64,000 nucleotides of DNA, taken from the NCBI GenBank assembly GCA_951406725.2, contig OX597817.1, forward strand, positions 86,676,001 to 86,740,000. Direction: 5' to 3'. Under the pieces are notes generated by a model. The model saw only the letters and a program-made list of their open reading frames with translations. It made no database searches and had not been told where the DNA came from. Source of the stretch: Octopus vulgaris. Taxonomy: Eukaryota. Below are positions 28,251-42,144 of the stretch, in pieces. Position 1 is the stretch's first letter. Every line of letters starts with the position of its first letter. The position numbers were made by a program, and so were the translations under genes.

Positions 28251-29384
28251 GAGTATATATTTTTACGGAAATTGCTGAAGAAATACTTTCACTTTCCGTA
28301 TACGGTTATGGAAAGATAGCCGCAAGCAGTTACTATTATTATTAAATACGTTGCACAAGCCACGTACAAAGAACTAGTCTTCTGTGAAACGACAATGATT
28401 AAAATAAGTATGTTAATGAAATTAATGTTTACTGAATTAATTAATTGGCTTTTATTATCATTACTATTTCTTGCAAATGTCGTTGTTATTGTTTGTCTCC
28501 CTTTATCATGAATCCATTGGAATAAAAGGCAAGAAGAATAGAATGATGAAACGTTTACGTTTTTCGTTTGACATTTATAAGACAATACAAAACAAGAAAA
28601 GAAAATATGTTATGTTTAAGTCAATACATTCTTTCTTATAGAATTCAATAGGCAAAATGTAGAGCATACATACACAAACACATGCACGCGCGCGCAGACA
28701 CACACACGCACACACTCACACACACGCACGCACACATTCACATGCGTGGAAGTGTGTATATGTACATGTGCGTATGTGTGTGTATCTGTGTGTGTTTGAA
28801 TGTATTTGCTCAAGGAGTTAGAAAGAAGTTAAGTAGAGAGGATGCATTTTTTTTTACGTATATTCCGCAATCTTCGATAAAAGTCCAATTTTCCGGTATT
28901 CTCCACTACCACAACCATTACCACCACAACTATCCTCACCATCAACACTACTGTATTATGTGTGTGCGTGTGTGTATAATGATATGCAAAATAAGTCAAA
29001 TTAACAAAACTATATAATATGTTTATTTTCATGCCCAAACTTATTTCTACCGTGCCAGTCCGTTTAAGCTGTTTTATATACTAGCCTGATACCCGACTCC
29101 ATTTGCAAAATATTAGCTGTGAACAGAAATTCTTGGGCTTATTAACGGTGCACAACAGCTCTAAGCTTAACAATAATAGTGGAGACATTTTTACTGGGAC
29201 CGTTGTGTTTGATATAAAAAAATATGTATGAGAAAAACAAATATAAATAACAATATTCTATTTATTAAACAATATTCTAATTTACACTCAAACATAATAG
29301 TTCAGTTTGTTTAGTTGGAGGGACTGGCGTTTGACAAATATTTGACACGTACTTTCATAATTATTTATTTCAGGAAAATGATTA

Positions 29385-29750
29385 CAAGTAGCTTGCTAAC
29401 CAACCACATGGTTCCGGGTTCAGTCCCACTGCGTGGCATCTTGGGCAAGTGTCTTCTGCTATAGCCCCGGGCCGACCAATGCCTTGTGAGTGGATTTGGT
29501 AAACGGAAACTGAAAGAAGCCTGTCGTATATATGTATATATATGTGTGTGTGTCTGTGTGTTTGTCCCCCTAGCATTGCTTGACAACCGATGCTGGTGTG
29601 TTTACGTCCCCGTCAATAAGCGGTTCGGCAAAAAGAGACCGATAGAATCAGTACTGGGCTTACAAAGAATAAGTCCCGGGGTCGATTTGCTCGACTAAAG
29701 GCGGTGCTCCAGCATGGCTGCAGTCAAATGACTGAAACAAGTAAAAGACT
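29385..29750 (+). mobile_element. SINE family A copy
   Basis: Match to family A. Confidence 0.85.
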
Positions 29751-30150
29751 ATAAACCCAAGTCTGATCATTTTCTATTTCAAGATAATTACAAATGAATT
29801 CAAATGAATTGCTGAAATAAAGTGCGGCATTGAAGCGTCTTGAAATATGTAAAATAGTTAAAAGAAATCATCTTTTGTCTCTTGTTGAAAAATTAATTCA
29901 GGTTTCCAATATTTTCAGCGTCTTAAACCCCATTGTCCCGTTTTTTTTTAGCTAAATATATTTTAGCACATCTAATAAGGGTGTTATATTATTCACTTCT
30001 ATATCAATAATTCCTGGCTTCATTCATAATATTATGATAGTGAATTGCTGTTAAGATCGTGATCCCAGCTAGGCCTCGAAACCGGTTTTATATTATGATC
30101 AGTAAAACCGAAACCGATTTGCCAAAACCGATTTTAAGGCTTGCTGTTTC

Positions 30151-30265
30151 GGATCTTTTCAATAAAAGATGTTTTATGTAAAACATTCTACCAGTATACG
30201 AAGTTTAAAAGTGTTTAGTTACAAATGATTATTTTTTAAATGTGCCGGTCAAAGTGAAAAGATCC
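30151..30265. mobile_element. Short Merlin-like MITE, same family as 23807-24577
   Basis: GGATCTTTTC...GAAAAGATCC with a perfect 8-bp TSD GCTGTTTC. Shares ACATTCTACCAGTATACGAAGTTTAAAAGTGTTTAGTTA with the larger copy. Confidence 0.88.
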
Positions 30266-31731
30266 GCTGTTTCTTTTTTTTTTTCTTTTTCTTTTCGCAA
30301 AACATTTCTCTATTTTTTTCCTTTCAAGAAATATCGTTGAAACTGAACTAACTGAACTGTTGTCGGTCGCCTTTAGTTGAGAGTGCTGTCTGTTTCATTG
30401 AAACATATCGCAACATATCAATTCTCACCTTATTTCCCCTTGAACCTTAGATCAGCACCTTGTCATCTTCGCTAGCCCCTGGCTGACTCTTTGAATTTGC
30501 AGGTAACTGAGTTTATTCATAGCAAGTCAAGGGGATGCTGTTAGTCTTCAGTCGGGTGATCTTTCCCGTTGAGCATATGTAATAACCAGTTCCAGATTCA
30601 TTTCAAGGAAGTAACACTAAATTTTTTGATAAAAAAAGTGAAGCTGACATAAGCCAACAAGACATACTTTGTCAAACAGATTTGGCTCACGAAAATGATT
30701 GTTTTCCCCAGCTAAAACCTGAATTTAAATTATATGTTATAGATATTGTTTTTTTCTCACTGTACAAGGTCTCTCCCGCTGTGCAAGGTCTCTAAGATAT
30801 GATGCTTTTGTTCAATTTGTGGAATGTGAAAGATCTTGTACATTCAGCATTATTATAGAGTTGAGTTTGTGGGTTAATAACAGCAATGGTGTGGTTGTGC
30901 ACTGGGACAGCAGTGGTTGGTGCTGTGTGAAAGCTAGAAGTCTTTTTTTTATTTCTTTTGCCTGATTCATCATGACAAAATAACAATTTTCTTGTTTTGG
31001 GAGTGAGTCATGTGTAATGTTATTTTTGTGAGTTGCCCTCTTTGAACTATATACATATATTGTACAATGTTATGGTCGGAAAAAGCTGTATGAATGATCT
31101 GAACAGTGTGAGTGAATTTTCTTGTTTTGGAGGGGTTGTTGTCTGGAGTTGGTATGGTTGCACTATTGAATACGGTTGTAAATAAATGGTTTACGGCTGT
31201 TGATTTTACAGTAGATATCTAAGTAACTTCTGAGTTTTGATGAAAGTCTTGACCAACACTACCTCTGTAAGAGATATTTCTACTGTGGATTTCGTGGTGG
31301 TTTAGTATCATGTTTTTACTAGTGCGTTGAGTCCCTGAAAGATGAGTGAGGTGACAGTCACACACCAGACATAATCTTTCGTGTTAGGAATAGTAACAGA
31401 TTTTAGGATTCCGAGTTACATGTGTAGAAGTTATTAAACGTGATTTAGCATTTAGTAGTGGTGGTGGTGGCGGCGGCGGCGGCGGTGGTGGTGGTGGTGG
31501 TGGTGGTGTAAGATGTGTGGTTTGGTGTTGGCTGGTATTGCTTGTATGAATTGTCCAACTTGTCCTAGGTAAATGGATGAGGCTCAGTCACTGCGTAGGC
31601 ATAGTCTCGCTACATCTACAAAGTTCTATGGTAAGAAGTTTGCTTCCTAACCGCATGGTACCTTCAGCCCCAGATGAACCAAAGACTTGTGAGTGGACTT
31701 GGTGGACAGAAACCGAAAGAGGCTCATGTTA

Positions 31732-31820
<89 letters not shown>

Positions 31821-31945
31821 CGTGCGTGTGTATGTTGCTCAAGAGCACAACACAGCCCGGTCTAGGAATCGAACTCATGATCGCGAGCCCGATTTTCTAA
31901 CCACTGAACCATGCGCCTACATACAATCAAGCAAAATATATTTAT

Positions 31946-32010
<65 letters not shown>

Positions 32011-32019
32011 ATACATATC

Positions 32020-32062
<43 letters not shown>

Positions 32063-32977
32063 GCATGGTTGCATGGTAAAAAGTTTGCTTTCCAACCGCA
32101 TGGTACCTTCCGCCCCATACAAACCAAAGATGGATAGAAACAGAAAGAAGCTCATCATGTTAATGTGAGTGTGTATGTTTATGTGTGAGTGTGTGTATGT
32201 ATATATGTATGCTTGTGAGTGTGTCTTTATGTTTGCATTTGACCTCCACCACTTCTTGACAACTGGTGTTGCTTTGTTTGTGACCTTGTAACTTAGTGGT
32301 TTCCCAAAAAGAGACCAGTAGGACAAGAACTGGCTCAGGCACAAAATATAAAGTATAGAGATCGATTTATTTGACTAAACCCTTCAAGGTGGTGCCCCAC
32401 GATAAGAGATAACATATATATGGGAGCAGGTATGTCTGTACACACAACTTTTAAAAAAAAAAAATTAAGCGTGACTTACGAATTTACCATCCACCCAAAA
32501 ATATGATTTTTATCTAAGAAGTTAAAAATTGAAGTGATGTCCTGAACACAAAGAATACAAAATTTCTGTGTTTATTGTTTCTTTCACTTGCTTCAGTCAT
32601 TATATTGTGGCCATCCTGGGGCACTGCCTTGATGAATTTTAGTCAAACGAATCAATCCCAATTCTTATTTTCTTTTTAAGCTTGTTACTTATTCTATTGA
32701 TCCCTTTTGTTGAATGTATGTATGTATGTAATATAATTTTTCTGAATCTTCAGATTTTAATATGCTAGACCACTGGTTTTAAATTAATATTAATCAAATT
32801 AATATTGAATTTTTCACCCTTATTATTTTAAATTTAAATTTATATATATATGCATATATGGGTACAGGACGTCACCAACAGTAAACAACATGAAATACAA
32901 AAACAAATGAGTTAAATACGCAAATAAAGAGAAAACAGGAACAAGTAATATAATATATATATATATTTATATATATG

Positions 32978-33334
32978 GAAATTACAGCTGTGATACCAGT
33001 GCCGGTGGTACGTAAGAGAACCATCCGAACGTGGCCGTTGCCAACGCCGCCCCGACTGGCCTCGTGCCGCTGGCACGTAAAAAGTACCATCCGATCCATC
33101 CGATTGTGGCCATTGCCAGCCTCGCTTGGCTCCCGTGCCGGTGGCACGCAAAAAGCACCATCCGATCGTGGCACCCACTACACTCACGGAGTGGTTGGCG
33201 TTAGGAAGGGCATCCAGCCGTAGAAACATTGCCAGATCAGACTGGGCCTGGTACAGCCTTCTGGCTTCCCAGACCCCAGTTGAAACGTCCAACCCATGCT
33301 AGCATGGAAAGCGGACGATAAACGAAGATGATGA

Positions 33335-33337
<3 letters not shown>
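32978..33337 (+). mobile_element. RTE-related SINE-like element 3' part with about 70-bp internal tandem units
   Basis: Three GCCGGTGGCACGTAAAAAGCACCATCCGA-like units, RTE-type motif GGCGTTAGGAAGGGCATCCAGCCGTA, and a (GAT)n tail. Confidence 0.6.
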
Positions 33338-33642
<305 letters not shown>

Positions 33643-34768
33643 ATTATCTTTTTTTATTGTTTACTTCTTTCAGAAGAAGAATTCTAGTCGAATGAATCGA
33701 CTACAGTACTAATTTTTGTAAAGAACTGATACTCATTCTATCGGTCCCTTCTCCCAAGCCACTAAGTTATGCAGACGAAAACACACCAACACTGGTATAC
33801 ATGTCTACAGTGGTTGGTGGGTGCCAAAAACGCGGACACAAAGACCCACACACATAGCTTCTGTCAGACACAGAAACAAAAACCGACATGAGCTTCTTTC
33901 AGTTTCCATCTACCAGATGCACTCACAAGGCTTTGATCGGCCCGAGGCTATAGTAGAAGACACTTGCTCAAGGTTCCACACAATGTGATTGAAGCCAGAA
34001 CCATGTGATTGAGAAGAAAACTTCTTACCATACAATCATAAATGTGTGTGTGTGTGTGTGTGTTTAGGTGTATGTATATGTAAATAAATACATATATACA
34101 TGTATGTGTGTGTATATTTATATGTATATATAAATATATACGACAGGCTTCTTTCCGTTATTGTAGAAAACTCTTGCGCATGTTGCCACACAGTGGAACT
34201 GAGTCTGGAACCAAATTGTTTAGAAACAAACTTCTTACCTCACAACCAATCCTGTGACCATTTTTAAAGCCTGTTTTTAAAAAATATATTTCAAATTAAC
34301 CAATTCCAGAGAACATATTATCAATCTGAATATTTCTTTTTGCATACAAATCATCATTTATATACATCTACGTTTCTCCGGCAAATGTAAAACTGGCTTG
34401 CTCACACCACAAGCCTGTTATGTAGCTTTTGCCCTATACTTTCGTTCTACCTTCCTCTTAAAACAATATTTAAAGACGTAGTGACAAAGGAGAAACATAA
34501 ATAGACCACCAGAAGGTAAGGTAAGAATGAAGCTTTGTTTATTGCGATTTTGGTGTAGAGAAGTTGTTCAAACATCTCTTGGGGAAGTTACATTTCAAAT
34601 AAAGTTGTGCTTTTCCCACCAACAAATACCTTTTCAACAATATAACCAAAACCAAAAGTTAGCGTCATGAGGGTGTATGTGCGTGTGTCTGTATCTATGA
34701 ATGTATGTATATATGTATGAATACATTTACATAAATACACGTATATGTATATACATAATATACATAAA

Positions 34769-34824
<56 letters not shown>

Positions 34825-34994
34825 TAAATATATTGTTCCAAGAAGCATCTTATGAATGCTCTCATCTGTAATGTTCCTGAGGTCTCAGGGGGTTTGAAGC
34901 CTTTCAACATCAGATCCTCTGAGTAAATGCATTACACACACACACATACACACACAGGTACACACACATATATCGCGAGATGAACATGTAGATA

Positions 34995-35071
<77 letters not shown>

Positions 35072-35119
35072 CATACATACATATGTACACAATAAGCATA
35101 TAAAGAGAGTGTATGTGTA

Positions 35120-35186
<67 letters not shown>

Positions 35187-36032
35187 ATGTACATGTGTAT
35201 CTGTGTATATGCTTACATTCTTTGCTATATCTATTTATAATATATTGCAAAATATACCTATATATACATATATGCATATATATATATGCAAACAGGAAAA
35301 ATAGAACTCAGTATATGTGTATATGTATATTTTTATGTGTAAAAAGGTATGTATGTATGTATGTATGTATGTATGTATGTATGTATGTATGTACGTATTT
35401 GCGTATATGTATTCATACATGGCAACTGTTAGCTCATAGACGAGCATGACCATCGTGTACACGTACATTCATGAAGTCTATATTCCTTGACAAATATTGA
35501 ATTCTATTTCGTCCTGCATAAATGAAACCACTGCACATTTAGCTACACTACACTACACACACAAACACACACACACGCACGCTCGCACGCGCACACACAT
35601 TTATACATCGATGTTTTCTTCACGTTATCCTTCTCTGTCGCGCTCTCTCTCTTCCCACTTATTTTCGCTATCACCTACAGTATATACCACTCACCAACTA
35701 CCTTTTCACACCAAGCATTCAATATATATATACATTGCATGGTTGGTGAAATCTGTATCGTTTCTATTTTTTTTTCTTCTGCTTCTCTTATTCCTTTTAC
35801 TTCTCTTTCATAAACAGTATAACTCGAAACGTTAGACCCTACACTAGTCCTTTCATTTGGCGTATTTATTTCCATTGTACTCAGTCTTCCTTGTTATTGT
35901 TTCCATTCATATTTGAACTCTTTTCCCAACTAGTGCTTTATTTGTTGCTTAATCTCTTCTACTATATTCGAGCCGACCAAAGTCTTATAAGTAGATTTGG
36001 TAGACGGAGGGTGAAAGAAGTCCGTCGCATAA

Positions 36033-36110
<78 letters not shown>

Positions 36111-36152
36111 GAAAGAATGGAGTCGAACGAAGATGTTAACAAAATTCCTTTA

Positions 36153-36234
36153 CTCTCGACACATGTTTCGAAGACAGCATTATTTCATTCCAAAGGAATA
36201 AAGGGTGCATTATGCAATCTTCTCATCAGGAAAG
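36153..36234 (-). ncRNA. Type I hammerhead ribozyme with canonical core
   Basis: Minus strand CTTTC-CTGATGA-GAAGATTGCAT...ATGCTGTCTTC-GAAAC-ATGT-GTC-GAGAG. Predicted cleavage after GUC, between 36158 and 36157. Confidence 0.82.
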
Positions 36235-36708
36235 AAAGGGAGCCTCTCTCGACAACAAGACAAACAAAAATTTCGATGATTGCCTACATGGTAAACAAAG
36301 CGATAATGAGTGTTTTTTTTTTAATCCGTTAGAAGAATTGACGTCAAAAATAGATAGTAGGAAGAGAAGGGATAAAGTAATAATAGGTAGGGAACAAACA
36401 GTATGTTTGCTGTATGTATGGAAATGTGTGGGTGTGTGCTTGTGTTAATGAGTGCGTGTGTTTGTGTGTGTGTATGTGTGTGTGTATAACTGCATTTGTG
36501 TCTGTGTGTGTGATTGTGTGTGTGAGAGAGAGACAGACGTCAAAGATAAATAGTAGGAAGAGAAGGTATAAAGGAATAATAGGTAGGGAACAAGTGGAGA
36601 GGGAAGGGTACGTTGATTGAAAGAATGTTCGGAGGCTTAGGAAAGAATTTCTCTATAGCAGTGGGGTGGACTTAAAGCTAATTGTTCAAACCACAGTGAC
36701 TATCGTTA

Positions 36709-37818
36709 TCATTTATATGAGTAGAAAGTGTGTTTCTGCCAGTGTTTACATTTGTACGATTTTTCTATGAGTGTGTTTACTAGGGGAACCTTAGCGAAAG
36801 GAATATGGAAGAGTTCAGAGTTACAAATGTTACAAAATCTCCTGCCCTTATCAAAAGGAAAGGATACAGACAATATGAACCAATCTAACTTGAAAATTAT
36901 ATTGTTGTCTTTAAGACGCCAAACTAATTTACTTAGCCCTGTACTATGTCGTTTTTTCCTATCCCTGAATGTTGAATAGTGGTTTGAAATTCTCTTGGAT
37001 AACTGGGAAGTAGACGCTCCTATATAGAAGAAGACATCGGTACCGGAAGAAATTCTACACTGGTAAATAGAATTCTTAATCTTAGAATTACTAGACAAAA
37101 ATTTAATTCTGTTGGGTTTGTCCTCCGAGATCGAGACGAAGTTTTTATTGTTATGATTGTTGTTACTATTATTATTAGCGCTAACAACTACACTATTTCT
37201 ATTATTAGTAGTATTATTAATGGTATTACAACCAGCAATACCACCGACAATAATACCGTTATTGTTGTTACCATCAACACTACCATTGTTATTAACACGA
37301 CTAATACTATTATTAATATTATCATTGTTAACACTTTCGCTGCTACTAACGCTGCTACTATTAATACTATTCCTATTATTATGATTGTATGATGGATTGG
37401 AATTAGCAAGATTAGTGTTGGAACTCCCGGGTGAAGAATCTTTGTTTAGCAGCTTGGTATTGTGGGAAGATATAATTTGTGAAAGATTCCTAGTGTTAGA
37501 GAAAGCTATTCTGACCTTGTGGGAATTGATAATAGAATGATATCTAGAATTTCTGGGAAAGTTCCTAGCAACGGCTTCACGGAACTGTAAGGGAAGGTTC
37601 GATTTAATTTGTTTTCTGAAAGGTATTACAAACCAGATACAGTTTTTTGTGGCCTTTGAATTGTTCTTAGTGTTATTTGTGATAGTAAGGGGAAAAGTCG
37701 CGAAGATCAGAAAAAAGGGAGAAAGGGAGGGAAAAGGAGAAGAAAAGAAGAAGAGAAGACGAAAAGAAGAAAAAAAGGAGAGAGAAAGGCAAAGTAATAA
37801 CGTATGTAGTATGAACAA
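36709..37818 (-). CDS. PLE GIY-YIG endonuclease ORF (Hydra-clade-like) with Asn-rich insertion and no RT
   Basis: IWFVIPF..NFPRNSRYHSIINSHKVRIAFS..SHN, SIYQC...YIG, RISNHYSTF, STGLSKLVWRLKD, LDW, CNIC..E, KCKH. The start codon is uncertain. Confidence 0.8.
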   Translation of the reverse strand: MFILHTLLLCLSLSFFSSFRLLFFFSSPFPSLSPFFLIFATFPLTITNNTKNNSKATKNCIWFVIPFRKQIKSNLPLQFREAVARNFPRNSRYHSIINSHKVRIAFSNTRNLSQIISSHNTKLLNKDSSPGSSNTNLANSNPSYNHNNRNSINSSSVSSSESVNNDNINNSISRVNNNGSVDGNNNNGIIVGGIAGCNTINNTTNNRNSVVVSANNNSNNNHNNKNFVSISEDKPNRIKFLSSNSKIKNSIYQCRISSGTDVFFYIGASTSQLSKRISNHYSTFRDRKKRHSTGLSKLVWRLKDNNIIFKLDWFILSVSFPFDKGRRFCNICNSELFHIPFAKVPLVNTLIEKSYKCKHWQKHTFYSYK

Positions 37819-38460
37819 TCAGAAAGTTCAAAAGGTTCGAAGAGTTCAAAATAGTTCAAAAGTCGTTGTATATTGGAGCGATTTTACATCAACGAAAGAG
37901 TCTAGTGAAATCCGTGAAAGTGGAGTCAGTAATATCCAGTGGTTATCCGGGTGGAGTGCTGGTATGTAGCTGAGGAGGGGTGCAGAAAGTTCTGGCTGTA
38001 GTTAAGATATGTAAGTCCAAAGAGTAGGCGGCTAAAACAGGATAAAACTGGAGTGACCACATGAGCGTATAATATATAGTTAAAATTTACAGAAAAACAA
38101 AAGACGAAGACAGGTGTATGAACAACAAGCAGGTGTTTTAGTTTGACGTTCGGGAAAGTGAAAAGGTTTTTTACGTTTAATAATAAGAGAAAATAAACAG
38201 AGAATTTAAAAAATGTGGTATTAACGGTCAAGCATGGCGACTGGTCAGAAAAAAAAACGGTTTGACAGGAGAGGTTGAAAGAAGCGGAAATAAACTATTG
38301 GTGATCCCAAAACAAAGGTGCACGTGCGTGTGTGTATGTGATAATGCGTAAGTGTGTGTGTCTGTAACGTGTGGCAGTGTAGCTGATGGTGTGTGGGTGT
38401 GCAGATGATGGTGTGTGGTGCGGGTGTTAGGAAGTGGTCAGTGCTAGTGTATGTGTGTGT

Positions 38461-38497
<37 letters not shown>

Positions 38498-38503
<6 letters not shown>

Positions 38504-39120
38504 CCACGTCCTCGCGTTGTTGTGTTTTTTTTTGTGCTTTCTTGTTTGGATTAACTTTATATACCGCACGCTCACACGGACCCCGGCCCTCTGAGTGCCT
38601 TGGATACCAATTCCTGGATTTTTACACCTACGGATTACTGTTACCATTCTTCCGGAGTACGCCACTGAAATCGTGATTGGAAAGCAAAAAAATTTGTCCG
38701 TGACTCTTCCACTTTTTCCTCGTCCTTTTTACCTTTCTTCTTCTACTTCCATTTTTCCACTTGTGTCGCCACCACTTACACCTACACAGACATTCACTAC
38801 TTCTCAACATGCCTGACTTGCACTCGTTCCTCCAACACCTTCAATCCCTTCTTTACTCTCCTGTCTTTGAAAACACCTTTCTTCACCCATTTCCATCCGG
38901 TCTTTCAAAATGTGGCCTCGTGTGTACCGTTGGCGATTTTTTCCTCTGTCTTCCCTTCTCTGGATCTTTCTTTCTCCTATGTTTCCGATAAAGAGCTCCG
39001 CTCGAAACGTTAAACCCTCCTTCTTTCCTTCTTTCCTGAGCGTCCAATAATACTATATTTGTTCCACGTCCTCGCGTTGTTGTGCTTTTTTGTGCTTTCT
39101 TGTTTGAATTAACTTTATAT
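38498..39120 (+). mobile_element. Non-coding PLE-derived (retrozyme-like) unit, family H1, with terminal direct repeat and hammerhead-like motif at 38981-39015
   Basis: About 62-bp direct repeat TTTGTTCCACGTCCTCGCGTTGTTGTG..TTAACTTTATAT at 38498 and 39058. Motif GTTT-CCGATAA-AGAGCTCCGCTC-GAAAC-GTT-AAAC. Confidence 0.7.
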
Positions 39121-39774
39121 ATAATTCTAGTTGATCAAACTTTGCGCACATCAGCGAGTGTAACAACGCACAAACGAATACACCCTACGATCCAAAGACG
39201 CAATTCAAAGCCCAATACAACTATCAGGAAGATTTTATTCCGGGAAAATTTCCGCAGCGAAGGGTATTCAGGTGTTCAAGTGTACTTGAATGTGTTATGT
39301 ATGACTTTAAACGAATATATTTTATTCAACACTGCTTCCTGCGACTTTTCTTAATGAACTGTAGCTTCAAATCAACGAATGTGTTTGCTGTTGCAATATA
39401 AGAATGAATCGTTCTTTCAAGCTGTAAAATAAAATCTTCCCACATCCGAGTGTCTGCGGACGTGTTAAATACAACTTTACACGGACATACATGATGGCTT
39501 CCCCCTCATTATCGAGTATGGCCATTGCACGAAGCTTAACTGTTATTGGTGCTGTGATCGAATGTGACTTTTATTTGCTTTTTAAGGCTACAGCCAGCCA
39601 TTCAGTTGAGGCTCACAGCACCATCAACAATCATGAACAATGTTGTTATCGTGCAGTGCCCGTGTAAGAAGATTTTTTTAAAGTGAGGAAAGGCTGTGCA
39701 CTGAGTCAATCACACTCACTAAGCAACAGCAGCCATAATCCGAAAAGAAGAACATGTCAACATCATCGGTAACC

Positions 39775-40115
39775 ACTGAGTCGCAGGTTTTATGTCGGAG
39801 TTATCCCAGTTACCTGAGTTACCTTCTCCTAGAAGAATGCCCTAACAAAGGCTAGGAGTCCTTCACTCCCAATGGTTTAACCGCGCGATCGGGTATTCAG
39901 TCCGATTATTTCTATGTCCCCGTGCATGATACAGCCTTAAGCCGTAAGAGAAAAAAAAATACAGATTTATCGGATGGCCGTTGACTCTCAAGAGTTCCTC
40001 CGCCCTTTGACGGGTTTTGTTTTTCATCCCGCAGGGTGTCCAATAATCACCCTCCTCACCAAGCAAGCTTGGTGGGGTTGCCGGTTTAGTCGCCGACGGC
40101 CCGACCATGCAACAC
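39775..40115 (-). mobile_element. Probable RTE-type LINE 5'UTR fragment
   Basis: GC-rich and structured; contains CTAGGAGAAGGTAACTC...AAACC, which resembles RTE 5' motifs. Confidence 0.4.
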
Positions 40116-40186
40116 GAATATACATACATACATACATACATACATACATACATACATACATACATACATACATACATACATACATA

Positions 40187-40485
40187 CTGCTTCGAAATCT
40201 TCGGCTTCTATATCCAGATTATAAATTCACATTTATAGCAATAGTTATTGGTGCACTTGGTTTTGTGAGTAAATGCCTGAGTGACAATCTGGATAGGCTA
40301 GGCCTCTCAGAAATAGAAATCAACCAACTAACTCGCACATTACAAACACAATGTGTAAGTGGAACAGTAAAATTCTGCAAGACTTCTTTCAAGTTTAAAA
40401 TGTGATGTTTTTGTTATTCATATTCCAACGATGGAGCTTTGTAACGTTGTTAGAAACTAGCTCCTTCCTCAGAGGAAGAATTTAA
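40187..40485 (+). mobile_element. R4-like RLE LINE 3' fragment
   Basis: [25 protein letters not shown]...GTVKFCKT. Confidence 0.65.
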
Positions 40486-40883
40486 ATAATTAAAAGCAGG
40501 AGAGAACATGGATGTATAATAAGTTCGATTCACAGCATTGAACTACCGATAGATTACAAATGCTTAAAAGAAAGGCTAATATAATAGATGAAAAAGAGAG
40601 TGAAGCAATTAAGAGCAACCGTTTTATTCCCTATTTATTAAGTACTTCTGAACCGTACATAAATATTTATAAAATTTAGATAATAAATTTAAATTAAGTG
40701 ATAAATTTGGACTATATAAAAACTATAATTACATTATATTAAAACATCAGTGTAAATATATTCCATTTGATCTTTACATTCGCGATGCTAAATGCACAAT
40801 GAAACATTGTGTTGTGTGTGTGTGTGTGTGTGCGTGTAATGTATACATTCATGCATATATATTGAAACACATATAGATATAGG

Positions 40884-40919
<36 letters not shown>

Positions 40920-41299
40920 GCACACACACATATGGATATATATCCAAGATCAGAATAAAACTAGAAATTTGTTTACAATTATTTTATTATAATATCATGA
41001 ATTACATAATCTTTGCACGCTTTTCACAAGCAATTTTTTTAATTATAACATCATGAATTACATAATCTTTACACGTGTTTCACTAGCGTATACTAGAATG
41101 CTGTGCGGCAGTCGAGAAAAATCACGAGTAAAGAAAAATAAGCAAGAAAGTGTTAAGAGAAATGGGAAATAAAAGTTATGTTCCTTTAACCCAGTAGATG
41201 AAGAATATTGTTAACGTTGTGTGCTTACATGTAAAATAGTTTGTCCAGTGGAGGTAGACGAATAAGGAAAGAGTATGTGTCTAATCCGTTGAGGTGGGG

Positions 41300-41520
41300 A
41301 GGAGTTCGATAACAGAAACTTGCCGAGCTACTGCCATCTCGTAAAAGAATTTAGAAGGTCACTGCAATTCTAATGATGATATGTATGCTTTAAGCAACGA
41401 GATATCTGCATCCATTAATGTATATCCTAGATCTCTCTACAATGTTCCACTTGACGGTGTATGATATATTGCTGTCCTATATTGGATTCTGCAAAAATGA
41501 CTTCAGAAAGAGATGCTCCA
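41300..41520 (-). pseudogene. Highly decayed PLE GIY-YIG C-terminus
   Basis: Minus strand DSNISYTVKWNIVERSRIYINGCR ... SFTRWQ*LGKFLLSN parallels DKGVDYNIQWKILARCKPYTNGSG ... ELFGSCPHVTKFLLR in the 46347 ORF. Confidence 0.6.
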
Positions 41521-42087
41521 ACTACCAGTCTTCCTTCAAGTCACATCGACAAAAAGAAACGCATAAACTATACGTAGGATTTGAGGGACAGACGTAGTAT
41601 GTGTATTCAAAATAATTAATGTATTACTGAAGAATCAGATACTTACTGCTACATATCTAACACCAGATCATCGAAAGAAAATAGTAATTTACTCCAGTTC
41701 TTAAACTGTATCTGCCTGTCAGCAGATGCTGATAAACTAACAATGAAGTAAATGGTTATTTTTTGTGCATTATAGGGTAATTATACAAACGTCTTTGTAA
41801 CAATTACCATATAGCATTCTGGTATACGCTAGTGAAAAACGTGTAAAGACTATGTAATTTATGATATTATAACGAAAAAATATTTTACCAAATATTCAGT
41901 TTCATTCTGATCTTAGATATACTCTCTATAATCCATTCAAATGTCTATATTACCAAATGAAAATCGGAGGACACACTCTATTAAATATTTGATTGGAAGT
42001 TGGCCACACATGGATTTACATGGAGTTCTAAGCAAAGGATGTCATACTGTCTCAGCAACTTTTCAATACATATACATACATACATAC

Positions 42088-42139
<52 letters not shown>

Positions 42140-42144
<5 letters not shown>

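Noticed and set aside
40425-40482. Minus-strand CTGAGGA with stem GGAGCT/AGCTCC after the R4-like fragment
   Set aside because: GAAA, stem III and the cleavage triplet are missing; at most a remnant.
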